Part shown: one piece after another, positions 21,420 to 32,283 of the stretch
Layout of the letters: each line of letters opens with the position of its first letter
Position numbering within the stretch: position 1 is the stretch's first letter
NCBI GenBank assembly: GCA_963816145.1
Contig: CAWFJP010000031.1
Span: 32,001 to 96,000, forward strand
Reading direction: 5' to 3'
Source of the DNA: an uncultured delta proteobacterium
GTDB lineage: Bacteria > Desulfobacterota > Binatia > UBA9968
DNA: 64,000 nt
Translations under genes and position numbers: made by a program
Notes under the pieces: generated by a model
Database searches by the model: none
Told to the model about the DNA's origin: nothing
What the model saw: the letters and a program-made list of their open reading frames with translations, nothing else

Positions 21420-22556
21420 ATGCATAAACAACCACTAACTATCTCGATTTCGCGTTTGGCGAAATACTTCTGGCCGGCGGTTGCATTGTCGTCGGCGGCT
21501 TTCTTGCTGGTGCAGCAATCATGGTTGGGCGGCGCCACGCTAACTAATCCGAAGGCGCCGCCGCGCTCGGTAACGCCCCGCGGCGAATTGATGCCGGAAG
21601 AAAAATCCACGATCACGATTTTTAGGCAGGCGTCGCCGTCGGTGGTCAACATCACTTCCATCGGCATCGAACGCGACATGTTCACGCTTAATCAATATCA
21701 GATACCCCAAGGCACGGGTTCCGGTTTCATCTGGGACAATACCGGCAACGTCATCACCAATTTTCATGTCATTCAAAATGCCGATGCGGCGCAGGTGACG
21801 TTGGCGGATCAGTCCACATACAAGGCGCGCGTGGTCGGCGTGTCGCCGGACAAAGATTTGGCGGTATTGCGGATCGATGCGCCAGCCGCCAAGCTGCAAG
21901 CGATTCCGTTAGGCACTTCCAAAGATTTGCAAGTGGGCCAGAGTGTCTTTGCCATCGGCAATCCCTTCGGTCTCGATCAGACGCTCACCACCGGCGTAAT
22001 CAGCGCGCTCAATCGCGAAATCGAGTCGGTGACACGCCGGCCCATCCAAGGCGTGATTCAATCGGACGCGGCGATCAATCCGGGAAACTCCGGCGGTCCC
22101 TTGCTCGACAGCGCCGGCCGTCTGATCGGCGTCAACACGGCGATCTACAGTCCATCCGGTGCATCGGCGGGAATCGGTTTCGCGATTCCCGTGGATACGG
22201 TGAACCGCATCGTCACCGAGCTGATCCGCTCTGGCAAAGTCACCAGACCGGGCTTGGGCGTGCAAGTCGCCGATGAACAAATCGCGCAGCGCTTGGGCGT
22301 GAGTGGTGTGTTGATCGTCGATGTGGCGCAGGGCAGCGCGGCGGCGAAGGCCGGAGTGCAACCGACGCGGCGCGATAACACCGGCAGAGTGAGGTTGGGC
22401 GATATCATTACCGCTATCGACGGCAAAAAAATCGAGTCGCCCAATGATTTGTTTCTTGCCCTTGAGAAGTACAAAGTCGGTGAGTCAGTGAATTTCACCC
22501 TGTTGCGAAACGACCGAACCGTCCAACTTAAGATCGCGCTCGAGGCGGTTCAGTAG
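21420..22556 (+). CDS. HtrA/DegP-family serine protease with one PDZ domain
   Basis: TNFHVI, DKDLAVL and AAINPGNSGGPL catalytic triad; N-terminal TM. Confidence 0.95.
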   Translation: MHKQPLTISISRLAKYFWPAVALSSAAFLLVQQSWLGGATLTNPKAPPRSVTPRGELMPEEKSTITIFRQASPSVVNITSIGIERDMFTLNQYQIPQGTGSGFIWDNTGNVITNFHVIQNADAAQVTLADQSTYKARVVGVSPDKDLAVLRIDAPAAKLQAIPLGTSKDLQVGQSVFAIGNPFGLDQTLTTGVISALNREIESVTRRPIQGVIQSDAAINPGNSGGPLLDSAGRLIGVNTAIYSPSGASAGIGFAIPVDTVNRIVTELIRSGKVTRPGLGVQVADEQIAQRLGVSGVLIVDVAQGSAAAKAGVQPTRRDNTGRVRLGDIITAIDGKKIESPNDLFLALEKYKVGESVNFTLLRNDRTVQLKIALEAVQ

Positions 22557-22589
22557 CAATGGGCCGGCCAAAATCGGCTATGCGTTCGG

Positions 22590-23621
22590 TCAGGTTTTTC
22601 CGACGAGATCTTGGGCAATGTTCTGATTATCATCGCGCTCATAGGCGGCGATGATTTCTTGCACCAAATGGTGCCGCGCCACATCTTTTTCGGTAAACGT
22701 CACGAAGCGGATGCCATGCACGCCGCGCAGAATGCGCGCGGCTTCCTTGAGCCCCGACGCCTTCCCCGCTGGTAGATCGATCTGAGTCGCATCGCCGGTG
22801 ATTACTGCCTTCGATCCGTAGCCCAAGCGCGTTAAAAACATTTTCATTTGCTCCGGTGTGGTGTTCTGCGCCTCGTCGAGAATCACAAACGAATCATTGA
22901 GCGTCCGGCCGCGCATGAACGCCAGCGGCGCGACTTCGATGGTCCCACGCTCGACCATTTTTCGCGCGCGGTCGAAATCAACCATGTCATGCAGCGCGTC
23001 GTACAGTGGACGCAGGTAGGGATTGACCTTTTCCGCAAGATCACCTGGGAGAAAACCCAGTTTCTCGCCGGCTTCGACCGCCGGGCGGGTGAGAATAATT
23101 CTCACATAATTGTTCTTCATCAATTCCGCTACGGCCATTGCCATAGCAAGGTAAGTCTTACCGGTGCCCGCTGGGCCGATGCCAAAGACGATATCGTAGC
23201 GGCGAATTGCGTCGATGTAGGCTTTTTGGGCGATGCTTTTGGGCGTGATGGTGCGCTTGTGCGCCGAAATATAGATGGTGTCGAGAAAGATATCTTGCAG
23301 CTTGGCACGGTTGTCGCCGCTCAAGATCCGGATCGCATAATCGACATCGCTCGCGTAAACCGGATAGCCCCTTTCTAAAAGACTGTAAAGTTGGCGCAGT
23401 ATTTGACTGGCCAGTTCGACTTGCAGCGGGTCGCCTTCGATCTCCATGGCCGAACCGCGGACGCGGATTTTGAGCTGTAACGTGTTCTGGACAATTTTGA
23501 CATGCTGGTCGTGCTGGCCCAACAGGTCGCGGAACAGGCGTGGATCGTGAAACTCGATCTGGTTGACGCCGATTTGCTCGACGCGTTCGGCGATCTGGTT
23601 TTTTTCGTCTTTCACTCGCAT
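22590..23621 (-). CDS. PhoH-family ATPase (YbeZ-like)
   Basis: GPAGTGKT, RPAVEAGEKLGFLPGDL and LDEAQN. Confidence 0.95.
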   Translation of the reverse strand: MRVKDEKNQIAERVEQIGVNQIEFHDPRLFRDLLGQHDQHVKIVQNTLQLKIRVRGSAMEIEGDPLQVELASQILRQLYSLLERGYPVYASDVDYAIRILSGDNRAKLQDIFLDTIYISAHKRTITPKSIAQKAYIDAIRRYDIVFGIGPAGTGKTYLAMAMAVAELMKNNYVRIILTRPAVEAGEKLGFLPGDLAEKVNPYLRPLYDALHDMVDFDRARKMVERGTIEVAPLAFMRGRTLNDSFVILDEAQNTTPEQMKMFLTRLGYGSKAVITGDATQIDLPAGKASGLKEAARILRGVHGIRFVTFTEKDVARHHLVQEIIAAYERDDNQNIAQDLVGKT

Positions 23622-24040
23622 TCTCCTATGAGTTGGACGATGATCTCGCGGCTGCGCGAGCGGTTGTCGAAGTCCATCAAGATAACTTGCTGCCAGGTGC
23701 CGAGACTCGGCGCACCGTCAACAATCGGGATTGCCAGAGACGGCCCGAACAGTGTGGCGCGCAGATGGGAAAAACCGTTGTCGTCGCCCCAGCGGTCGTC
23801 GTGGTGATAGCGTCGGTCGGAGGGAATATGTTTCTCGAGGAATTCCTTTAGATCTTTGATTAGACCGGGTTCATGCTCGATGGTTGTCAACGCCGCCGTG
23901 GAGCCGTTGACAAACAGAGTCGCCGCGCCACTGCGCATGTGCGCGGCGCGAATTTGTTCCTTGAATTTGGCGGTAATATCGATGATGTCGCAGAAGCCGG
24001 TGGTAGATACGGTGATCGTCTTGGTGTGAATCGTTGTCAC
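23612..24040 (-). CDS. yjbQ: YjbQ/UPF0047 family protein
   Basis: GSTAALTTIE, NGFSHLRA and LGTWQ...DFD. Confidence 0.9.
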   Translation of the reverse strand: MTTIHTKTITVSTTGFCDIIDITAKFKEQIRAAHMRSGAATLFVNGSTAALTTIEHEPGLIKDLKEFLEKHIPSDRRYHHDDRWGDDNGFSHLRATLFGPSLAIPIVDGAPSLGTWQQVILMDFDNRSRSREIIVQLIGECE

Positions 24041-24147
24041 GCTAGCAGTTGATCCTCATTTGCTGACAGGAATGCACGGTTCAACAACAGACACGCAACT
24101 ACTACTACTGCAGCGGTGGCTACGCTGGTTGCTGTGATTCAGTGATT

Positions 24148-26790
24148 TCATGACGCTTGCTTAACGATCTCCTCGGCGCGTTTGAGCGCAGCGGCGATCT
24201 TTGCCGGCTCCTTGCCGCCGGCCTGGGCGAAGTCCGGCCGGCCGCCGCCACCGCCGCCGACCATGCCGGCCAGCTCCTTGACGATGTTGCCGGCGTGGAA
24301 TTTCTTCGTCATTTCTTTGCTGACCGAGGCGACCAGGTTGACATTACCATCGCTGGCGCTGGCTAGAACTACGATCCCGGAGCCGAGTTTATCTTTGAGC
24401 TGATCGGCGATTTCACGCAACTGTTTACCGTCGACGCCGTCGAGCTGAGCAATCAGAACATTGGCGCCGCTGATGACTTGCTTTTGCGAGATCAAGTCGG
24501 GAATGCGATCTTTTTCCAGCTCGCCACGCAGCTTGGCGATCTCTTTTTCCAATTCCTTCTGGCGATCAAGCAGTCTCTTCACTCTGTCGACGGCATCGTC
24601 GGCGTTGCCGCGAAGAAGCGCGCCGATCTCTTTGACGCGTGACTCGTAGCTGTTGATCAGATCGAGCGCACCCTCGCCGGTGAAGGCTTCGATACGCCGG
24701 ACGCCGGCGGCGACGCCGCCCTCGAAATTGAGCTTGAACAAACCGATCTCCCCGGAAGCGCGGATATGCGTGCCGCCGCATAGCTCGGTGGAAAAATCGC
24801 CGATCCTGACCACCCGTACGCGGTCGCCATATTTGTCGCCGAAGAAGGCCAGAGCGCCTTGGCGAATGGCGTCGTCGTAACTCAGCTCCTTGATCGACAC
24901 GCCGGCATCCTCGCGCACGTGGAGATTAACTTGTGCTTCGATCGCCGCCAGCATGTCGTCGGCGATCGCGCCGGTGTGGCTGAAGTCAAAACGTAGCCGC
25001 TCAGGCGTCACCAGCGAGCCGGCTTGACGCACATGTTGGCCCAGTTCTTTTCGCAGCACGGCGTGGAGAATGTGGGTCGCCGAATGGTTGAGCATGGTTT
25101 TGCGGCGATGCTTGGCGTCAACTTTGAGCTCAACCTTGTCGCCGACTTGAATGCGGCCTTTTTTGACTCTGCCGCGATGGGAGGTCAGTTGCGGGGTTGG
25201 ATGATGGGTGTCGACGATTTCCACCCAGTCGCCGCGCTCGGTGCTAATCACACCCCGGTCGCCGATCTGTCCGCCGGACTCGCCGTAGAAAGGGGTCTCG
25301 GCGGTTAAAAGCTCGATATCTTCACCTTCCACTGCTTCGGTCTTGCTACCGGCAGCGCCAAAGATTCCAATCACCGTCGAGTCGCCGTCCAGCCGATCGT
25401 AGCCGGTGAAACAGACTTGGCCGTTTAGCTGGATCCTCGATTCCATACTGACGGTTTCGCGCGCTTCGCGGCCGCGGCTTCGTTGCGCTTCCATGAGCTT
25501 GGTGAAGCTCGCTTGATCGACATCGATATTGTCGGCGCGCAAAATGTCTTCGGTGAGATCGAGCGGAAAGCCGTACGTGTCGTAGAGGCGAAACGCGACT
25601 TCGCCGGGGAGCGTGCGTTTTTTCTCCGCTTTGAGTCTCGCGGTGGCGTCGTCCAGGAGAACCAGACCGCGATCGAGAGTCTCGCCGAAGCGTTCTTCCT
25701 CGATGCGAATAACCTCGCGGATGCGCTGCTCTTCTTGCTTCAGTTCTGGATAGGCATCGCCCATGACTGCCGTGACGGTCTTCGCGACTTCATGGAGAAA
25801 CGGCTCATTCAAGCCGATCAAGCGGCCATGGCGGGCGGCGCGGCGCAACAGACGGCGCAACACATAACCGCGTCCTTCATTGCTCGGCGCGACGCCATCG
25901 GCGATCAAGAAACTGACGGCGCGGGAGTGATCGTCGATGACGCGATAGGAAATATCCGCGGTCGGATCGACGCCATATTTCTTGCCGGTCAGACGTTCCG
26001 TGGTGGCGGTGAGCTCGCGCATGATGTCGATGTCGTAGTTCGACAATACTTTTTGCAGCACCGCGGTGATGCGCTCCATACCCATGCCGGTATCGACATG
26101 CTTGGCCGGCAGTTCCGACAGGCTGCGGTCCTCGGCGCGGTTGAACTGGATGAAAACCAGATTCCACAGCTCGATATACCGTGCGCAATCGCCGTTCACT
26201 TTGCATTCGTGACCGGCAACGCTGGGCATGTCGCAGGCGGCCGGGCCGCGGTCGAGATGGATTTCGCTGCAGGGGCCGCAGGGACCGGTCTCGCCCATCT
26301 CCCAGAAGTTTTCTTTATCGCCGAAGCGGCTCACCCGTTCGTGTGGCAGGCCGCTGATCTTGAACCAGAGCTGCTCCGTTTCTTCATCGTTGAGATAGAC
26401 GGTGGCGTAGAGCTTGTCCTTCGGCAGACCCCATTCTTTGGTCAAAAGCGCCCACGCCCACTCGATGGCCTCGGCTTTGTAGTAATCGCCGAAAGACCAA
26501 TTGCCGAGCATCTCGAACAGCGTGTGGTGGTAGGTGTCGCGGCCGACTACTTCCAGGTCGTTATGTTTACCGCTGATGCGCAAACACTTTTGCGCGCTGG
26601 AGGCGCGCGTATAAGGCAAACGCTGCTGGCCCAAGAAAACGTTCTTAAACTGCACCATGCCGGCGTTGGTGAACAGCAACGTCGGATCTTTGTCGGGTAC
26701 CAACGATGAACTGCGCACCACGGTGTGGCCTTGTTTAGCGAAATAATCTAAAAAAGATTTGCGGATGTCGTTACCGGTGATCATAGCCAT
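24148..26790 (-). CDS. alaS: Alanine--tRNA ligase
   Basis: DPTLLFTNAGM, GPCGPCSEI, HSATH and ELCGGTH motifs. Confidence 0.99.
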   Translation of the reverse strand: MAMITGNDIRKSFLDYFAKQGHTVVRSSSLVPDKDPTLLFTNAGMVQFKNVFLGQQRLPYTRASSAQKCLRISGKHNDLEVVGRDTYHHTLFEMLGNWSFGDYYKAEAIEWAWALLTKEWGLPKDKLYATVYLNDEETEQLWFKISGLPHERVSRFGDKENFWEMGETGPCGPCSEIHLDRGPAACDMPSVAGHECKVNGDCARYIELWNLVFIQFNRAEDRSLSELPAKHVDTGMGMERITAVLQKVLSNYDIDIMRELTATTERLTGKKYGVDPTADISYRVIDDHSRAVSFLIADGVAPSNEGRGYVLRRLLRRAARHGRLIGLNEPFLHEVAKTVTAVMGDAYPELKQEEQRIREVIRIEEERFGETLDRGLVLLDDATARLKAEKKRTLPGEVAFRLYDTYGFPLDLTEDILRADNIDVDQASFTKLMEAQRSRGREARETVSMESRIQLNGQVCFTGYDRLDGDSTVIGIFGAAGSKTEAVEGEDIELLTAETPFYGESGGQIGDRGVISTERGDWVEIVDTHHPTPQLTSHRGRVKKGRIQVGDKVELKVDAKHRRKTMLNHSATHILHAVLRKELGQHVRQAGSLVTPERLRFDFSHTGAIADDMLAAIEAQVNLHVREDAGVSIKELSYDDAIRQGALAFFGDKYGDRVRVVRIGDFSTELCGGTHIRASGEIGLFKLNFEGGVAAGVRRIEAFTGEGALDLINSYESRVKEIGALLRGNADDAVDRVKRLLDRQKELEKEIAKLRGELEKDRIPDLISQKQVISGANVLIAQLDGVDGKQLREIADQLKDKLGSGIVVLASASDGNVNLVASVSKEMTKKFHAGNIVKELAGMVGGGGGGRPDFAQAGGKEPAKIAAALKRAEEIVKQAS

Positions 26791-27234
26791 CTAGTCTTCG
26801 TCAATGCGATATTTTAGCAGTTCGAAAATCACTTTGCTGCTGAAGCCGCGCCGCTGGAGCAGGGCGACGGCACGGTGCTGCGCTTTGGCGTCCTGCAGGC
26901 TCACGGCGCCGAATCGCTTAGTCAATATTTTTCTAGCGCTTTCTTGTTCGCTCAAGTGTTGCAAACTCTGTTGCATGGTCTCACGAATCACTCTGGAATC
27001 GATGCCCTTGAGGCGTAGCTCCTGCTCGACCCGTCTGGGGCCGTAGCCGCGGCTCTCCAGTCGGGAGCGCGCCCAGATCTGGGCAAAGGATAGATCGTCG
27101 AGATAGTTCAGCGATCGGAGCTTGGCGATCACAGTGTCGCTAACTAGCGGCTCGCAGCCCTTCTGGCGCAGGTAATTTTTGACTTCCAATTCGCTACGCG
27201 GCCGGTGGCTCAAGTAGCGCAAAGCTATTTGCAA
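26791..27234 (-). CDS. recX: Regulatory protein RecX
   Basis: ALRYLSHRPRSE, YLDD and LQRRGF; directly downstream of recA. Confidence 0.9.
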   Translation of the reverse strand: MQIALRYLSHRPRSELEVKNYLRQKGCEPLVSDTVIAKLRSLNYLDDLSFAQIWARSRLESRGYGPRRVEQELRLKGIDSRVIRETMQQSLQHLSEQESARKILTKRFGAVSLQDAKAQHRAVALLQRRGFSSKVIFELLKYRIDED

Positions 27235-27306
27235 CGCCTGTTCAGGCGAGTCGACGGCGGCGGCGCTGGCTTTCGATCTTTTCAGCGTCTATCCAAATTC
27301 TCAGAG

Positions 27307-28359
27307 TTATTTGGTTTTGCTCTTTTTATCCGCCGCCGCGGGTTCGGCCAAGGCCTCCGCATCGTGCGGCTTCAAACCGTACTTATCCATGATCTTGGCC
27401 ATGATACTTTGCGCCGTCTCCGGATGATCCTTGAGAAACTGCTTGGCCTGTTCTCGGCCTTGACCGATGCGCTCACCGGCATGGGAATACCAGGCGCCGC
27501 TCTTCTCGATGACGCCCATCTCACTGCCGATATCGACGATCTCGCCGTCGCGCGAAATCCCGGTGCCGTAGAGAATGTCAAACTCAGCTTCTTTAAACGG
27601 CGGAGCCATTTTGTTTTTGACCACTTTGACCCGGGTGCGGCCGCCGATAATGTTATCGCCGTCTTTGAGCGCGCCGATGCGCCGGATATCCATGCGTACC
27701 GAGGCGTAGAACTTGAGCGCATTGCCGCCGGTGGTGGTCTCCGGGTTGCCGAACATGACGCCGATCTTCATGCGGATCTGGTTGATGAAGATGACCACGG
27801 TGTGCGAGCGGGCGATGGTGCCGGTAAGCTTCCGTAGAGCTTGCGACATGAGGCGCGCTTGCAAGCCCATGTGCGAGTCGCCCATCTCGCCTTCGATCTC
27901 GGCTTTGGGCACAAGCGCCGCAACCGAGTCGATGACCAAGACGTCAATGGCACCGCTGCGCACCAAGGTCTCGGCAATTTCCAAGGCCTGCTCGCCATGG
28001 TCCGGTTGCGAAACCAACAAGTCATCGGTTTTGACGCCGAGTTTCTGGGCGTAGCCTAGATCCAGCGCATGCTCGGCATCGATGTAGGCGCCCATGCCGC
28101 CGCTTTTTTGGGCTTCGGCAACGATTTGCAGTGCCAGGGTGGTTTTACCGGAGGATTCAGGGCCGTAAATCTCAATGACCCGGCCGCAGGGCACGCCGCC
28201 GATGCCGAGCGCGATGTCAAGTCCGAGAGAGCCGGTCGAGATGGTCTGCACGTCTTTGACAATGCCGCCCTCGCCGAGTTTCATGATCGCGCCTTTGCCG
28301 AACTGTTTCTCGATCTGACTTACCGCAAGGTCGATTGCCTTCTCACGATTCACATCCAT
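27307..28359 (-). CDS. recA: Recombinase RecA
   Basis: GPESSGKTT and [10 protein letters not shown] motifs. Confidence 0.99.
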   Translation of the reverse strand: MDVNREKAIDLAVSQIEKQFGKGAIMKLGEGGIVKDVQTISTGSLGLDIALGIGGVPCGRVIEIYGPESSGKTTLALQIVAEAQKSGGMGAYIDAEHALDLGYAQKLGVKTDDLLVSQPDHGEQALEIAETLVRSGAIDVLVIDSVAALVPKAEIEGEMGDSHMGLQARLMSQALRKLTGTIARSHTVVIFINQIRMKIGVMFGNPETTTGGNALKFYASVRMDIRRIGALKDGDNIIGGRTRVKVVKNKMAPPFKEAEFDILYGTGISRDGEIVDIGSEMGVIEKSGAWYSHAGERIGQGREQAKQFLKDHPETAQSIMAKIMDKYGLKPHDAEALAEPAAADKKSKTK

Positions 28360-28369
28360 TGCCTGCCTC

Positions 28370-28951
28370 CTAAACGATAGACTGGTCTTTAAGCTTGATG
28401 ACTTTCAGTTGTGAATAGACGGCCCCCGTGGGCTGAAGTACACTTTGAAACAGAATCACTCGGTCAACTTTGGTTGCACCGAATTCGTGTTCACGCCAGT
28501 TGTTCAATTCCTGTTTAAGAATTCCCGGCGACCGCTCGGCTTGGCGCCAACGGCCGATGGTTAGATGCGGTGTAAAGCCTCTGGGTTCGCCGGGAAACCC
28601 CAGAGGTAACAACACTGCATCCAGTCGCGTCGCCAACCGCGTCAGCTGATCGCCTATGAAGCCGACCCACAATACTTTCGGTTGTCTCAGCCCGGGAAAT
28701 ACCCCTAGACCTTTAGCATTTATGATGCAGCGCGGAAAGGGGGTTATGGCGAGTTCCAGGACGTCACCGATGGCTTCCAACTGGCGCGCTTCGATATCCC
28801 CGAGGAACTTGAGGGTCAGGTGAAAATTCGCCGGCGCTACCCAGCGGACAGCCGGCAACTTGGGTTTCAGGTCGGCGATGGCGGAGAGGATATGCGCGAC
28901 CGTAGTTGGCGAGATTTCAACGGCGATGAAAGCGCGGATCACGGCGGTCAA
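28370..28951 (-). CDS. thpR: RNA 2',3'-cyclic phosphodiesterase
   Basis: Two 2H motifs HLTLKFLG and PHLTIGR. Confidence 0.92.
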   Translation of the reverse strand: MTAVIRAFIAVEISPTTVAHILSAIADLKPKLPAVRWVAPANFHLTLKFLGDIEARQLEAIGDVLELAITPFPRCIINAKGLGVFPGLRQPKVLWVGFIGDQLTRLATRLDAVLLPLGFPGEPRGFTPHLTIGRWRQAERSPGILKQELNNWREHEFGATKVDRVILFQSVLQPTGAVYSQLKVIKLKDQSIV

Positions 28952-30195
28952 TCGTGCGAAAGCCGTAGCCGTAGCCAGTTCAACGCCGCTTGGGCGGCGC
29001 CTTGAACGATTCGTTCGCGGTCGGTCAAGACCATGAGGTTAAGGAGCTTGGCTTCGTGAAAGTTTTCCTGGCAGATGCTCACCCAGACCGTACCGATCGG
29101 CTTTTCGGGGCTACCGCCGGAAGGGCCGGCGACTCCAGTGACGCTCAATCCGATATCGGCGCCGGTGCGTTGGCGAATGCCTTGTGACATTTCCAAAGCG
29201 GTCTGTTGGCTGACCGCGCCGACGCGGGCCAATGTTTCTGGACCTACGCCCAGGGAGCGAATTTTCTCTGCGTTCGAATAAGTTATTGCAGCGCCGAGAA
29301 AGTAGGCCGAACTACCGGCTACTCTCGTGATCCGGTGGCTGATCAATCCTCCCGTGCAAGACTCGGCGAGGGCGAGGGTTAGCTGTTTCTGCAGAAGCAA
29401 CTGGCCGACCGCTTCTTCCATGGTCAGCTCACCGTTGGCATAAATGTAGTGGTCGAGGATAGTTTGGATTTGGCCGCGCAGTTCAGTGAACCTTTCCACT
29501 TGTGCCGCTCCGCCGCTTACCGTCAGGCGTAGAGTGAGATCGGGAAAATGGGCGCGGAAGGCCAGCTTTGCATTGTTGCTCAAATCTAACGGCTTCATCA
29601 GATCATCCAACTTGGACTCGGTAATGCCATGAATTTTGAACGTAGCCTCGTGAATCGTCGACTGAGTACCGTTCTGCTCGACGATCCACGGCAGCACCGA
29701 CTCGTGCATCATGGCGCTCATCTCGTGGGGCACACCGGAAAGCCAGATCAGCTTCTTGCCTTGACCGAGATCGACGCGGAAGCCGGGCGCCGTGCCTTTG
29801 GGGTTTGGTATGATTACCGCGCTTTCCGGAAAGAGCGCTTGTTTAAGATTATTTTCCGTAAACGCCACGCCACGCTTTTCGAAACGTGCCTTGAGCGCCG
29901 CCGCCACGCCGTCGTCCAGTTTGGTGTTAATGCCGAGAAACCCAGCGACCGTCTCGGTGGTCAAATCGTCCGCGGTCGGTCCCAAGCCGCCGGTGCCGAT
30001 GACGACATCGCCGAGCTCCTTCGCTTGACCAAAGGCCCAGATGAGTTTTTCCCGGTCATCGCCCACTTTGATAACGGCGCCGACGCGGATGCCTAAAGCG
30101 AACAAGCGATCGGCGATAAATGTCGAGTTGGTGTCGACCACTTTGCCCGTGGTCAGTTCATCCCCAGTGCTGAGAAGTACCGCAGTTTCGATCAT
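28948..30195 (-). CDS. cinA: CinA (MoCF-like domain + NMN deamidase PncC)
   Basis: GDELTTG, GGLGPTADD, AESCTGG and GVAGP. Confidence 0.94.
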   Translation of the reverse strand: MIETAVLLSTGDELTTGKVVDTNSTFIADRLFALGIRVGAVIKVGDDREKLIWAFGQAKELGDVVIGTGGLGPTADDLTTETVAGFLGINTKLDDGVAAALKARFEKRGVAFTENNLKQALFPESAVIIPNPKGTAPGFRVDLGQGKKLIWLSGVPHEMSAMMHESVLPWIVEQNGTQSTIHEATFKIHGITESKLDDLMKPLDLSNNAKLAFRAHFPDLTLRLTVSGGAAQVERFTELRGQIQTILDHYIYANGELTMEEAVGQLLLQKQLTLALAESCTGGLISHRITRVAGSSAYFLGAAITYSNAEKIRSLGVGPETLARVGAVSQQTALEMSQGIRQRTGADIGLSVTGVAGPSGGSPEKPIGTVWVSICQENFHEAKLLNLMVLTDRERIVQGAAQAALNWLRLRLSHD

Positions 30196-30665
30196 AACCA
30201 CCGCCAATAGAGTAACGTTTGGACGATTGCAAATGCGTAAATTCCCGCCAGCACATCGTCGAGCACGATGCCGGTGCCGCCGGGGAGATTTTCCAGTTTA
30301 GCCGCCGGATAGACTTTGGTGATATCGAATATGCGAAACAATAGGAAACTCAGCAGCAACGGCGCCCAACGAAGGGGCGTGAGAAAGTTTGCGATTAAGA
30401 AGCCGACGATTTCATCGGCAACGATGATTTGCGGATCTTTCTGCTGGACAATTTGAGCAGCGTCGGTCGAGAGTTTGATTGCGAAGAGTGTAGCACCTAC
30501 CAACATGCCGATGGCAAATAGCGGCGAGGCTTCGGCGACCCGGTTGAGCCCGAGAGAAATGGGCACAGCCAAAATAGTCCCCATAGTGCCGGGAAAATAG
30601 TGCGAGTAGCCGATCCCAGCGCCGGTGACGATGACAAGAGTCGTTTTGCGTCGTAGGTCGCTCAC
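30192..30665 (-). CDS. pgpA: Phosphatidylglycerophosphatase A
   Basis: PGTMGT, DPQIIVADE, FRIFDI and DDVLAG. Confidence 0.92.
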   Translation of the reverse strand: MSDLRRKTTLVIVTGAGIGYSHYFPGTMGTILAVPISLGLNRVAEASPLFAIGMLVGATLFAIKLSTDAAQIVQQKDPQIIVADEIVGFLIANFLTPLRWAPLLLSFLLFRIFDITKVYPAAKLENLPGGTGIVLDDVLAGIYAFAIVQTLLYWRWL

Positions 30666-30752
30666 AGTGAGCGCGATACTATTCAGGAAAATGAGAAAAC
30701 GCCAGGTTTGGCGTGCGGCAAAAATTTGTCTGAAACTACAAACGTCTTACGG

Positions 30753-32168
30753 CTAGGACTGTGGCGTGGACTTCAGCTCGGTCATGTATGTGCGCATCTG
30801 GTTTTCAAACAACCGATGCAAGGCGGGTTCAAGCTGGTCTTCCGCCGGGAAGTCGATGCTTAAGGGATTGATATACTGATGGTCTTTATAGAGTTCGAAG
30901 TGGAGATGTGGACCGGTGGATCTGCCGGTGGAACCGACAAAGCCGATGATTTGTCCTTTGGTAACGCTCACGCCAGGCTGGATGCCTTCGGCAAAGCTGT
31001 CCAGATGGGCGTAACGGCTCGAGTAGGTTGAGTCATGTTTGATGTCGACCGCTTTGCCATAGCCGCCATTCCAACCTGCTTCGGCGATGATACCATCGCC
31101 GACGGATCGCACTGGTGTTCCTCTCTGCGCAGCAAAGTCGACGCCGGTATGGGGAAGGTTAGTGCGGAGAATGGGATGAAATCTCGACTCGGTAAAATGC
31201 GACGTGATGGCGCTAAATTCCAACGGGAAGCGGAGAAACGAGCGTGCCAAGCTTCGGCCCTCTTGATTATAATAACCGCCCACGCCTTGTTGCCGCTCAA
31301 AGTAGACCGCGGTGTATTTTTGTCCTGCGCTATTTAGTTCTGCCGCTAGGATGCGCAGTCCAGTTTTAGCTTCTTGGCCCTTGCGGCTGCGTTGCTCGTA
31401 AAGGATCTTGAAGTTATCGCCCTTACGGACCTCCTTTTCGAGATCGATGTCCCAGGTGAACAGATCGGCAAGCTGGGAGAGCAATGCCGGGTGGACGCCG
31501 GCTTTGCGGCCATCGTCGAAAAGTGAATTTTCGATGGATGCGCTAACCGTCTTTAATTCAACATCGAAGGGCTTTTCGCGGCGCTGGACGAAAATGCCGC
31601 GGATGCCTTTTTCCAAGGTTAGAGTGACGGAGTCATTTTGATCGATCTCTACGGCTGTCAGCTGGCCGCGCGTTAGCGACCCACGGCCGCGAATGAGCGA
31701 TTTGCTGAAGAAAAGTTGAGCCTCTTTCCCGGCTGGTAAGGTTTCGCTGCCGATATTGCGTGTCATGGTGCGCGCCCAGAGCAGACTTTCGGCCCTCGAC
31801 ACGTTATTCCGGGTCAAGACATCCGACAGCGTTTCTCCCGGCCGGACGCGGTAGCTCACTAGTTCACGTTTCTCCGAAAAATCGATGGCTGGTGGGCTTG
31901 GCTGCCGCAGTAGGGCGCCATGGGCCTGGCCCTTCGTCAGGCGCCTTACCGGTGCGCTAGCTTGAACGGAAGCCGGGGCTGGAGCCTGCTTACCGCGAAC
32001 AACCTGCTTCGGTCCCGGACGCTGCTTGGCTGCCTCGCTGTTTAGTGGAGCTACTGCGAGTGCGGCAACGATCAGCGAAGAGCCTAAAATTTTCGGTAAA
32101 ATCGAAGTTCCTGGCTGCTCAGGGCGACCATCGCCGAGCTGCCCAGCTGGTGTGATTTGGCAAGCCAT
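30753..32168 (-). CDS. M23 peptidoglycan endopeptidase (MepM-like, LysM)
   Basis: HTGVD, YAHL and STGPHLHFE zinc motifs. Confidence 0.92.
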   Translation of the reverse strand: MACQITPAGQLGDGRPEQPGTSILPKILGSSLIVAALAVAPLNSEAAKQRPGPKQVVRGKQAPAPASVQASAPVRRLTKGQAHGALLRQPSPPAIDFSEKRELVSYRVRPGETLSDVLTRNNVSRAESLLWARTMTRNIGSETLPAGKEAQLFFSKSLIRGRGSLTRGQLTAVEIDQNDSVTLTLEKGIRGIFVQRREKPFDVELKTVSASIENSLFDDGRKAGVHPALLSQLADLFTWDIDLEKEVRKGDNFKILYEQRSRKGQEAKTGLRILAAELNSAGQKYTAVYFERQQGVGGYYNQEGRSLARSFLRFPLEFSAITSHFTESRFHPILRTNLPHTGVDFAAQRGTPVRSVGDGIIAEAGWNGGYGKAVDIKHDSTYSSRYAHLDSFAEGIQPGVSVTKGQIIGFVGSTGRSTGPHLHFELYKDHQYINPLSIDFPAEDQLEPALHRLFENQMRTYMTELKSTPQS

Positions 32169-32186
32169 TGTAAACAAAGATTCCAC

Positions 32187-32215
32187 CTTATAGTCTGTCA
32201 GAACTGGGCTGTCAA
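32187..32215 (-). promoter_or_regulatory. sigma70 promoter of the M23 peptidase gene
   Basis: TTGACA-N17-TATAAG on the minus strand. Confidence 0.65.
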
Positions 32216-32283
32216 CCCCAAAATTTGGTATTGATAAAACTCCAATACCTCGGACAATTCGCGGTGTTAGCCGTGAAGTTAGC

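Noticed and set aside
24098-24109. (ACT)4 microsatellite between alaS and yjbQ
   Set aside because: Too short to imply phase variation or function.
17174-26709. Long antisense ORFs (e.g. 17174-18295 minus, 25483-26709 plus)
   Set aside because: Shadow frames of high-GC lon and alaS with no recognisable motifs.
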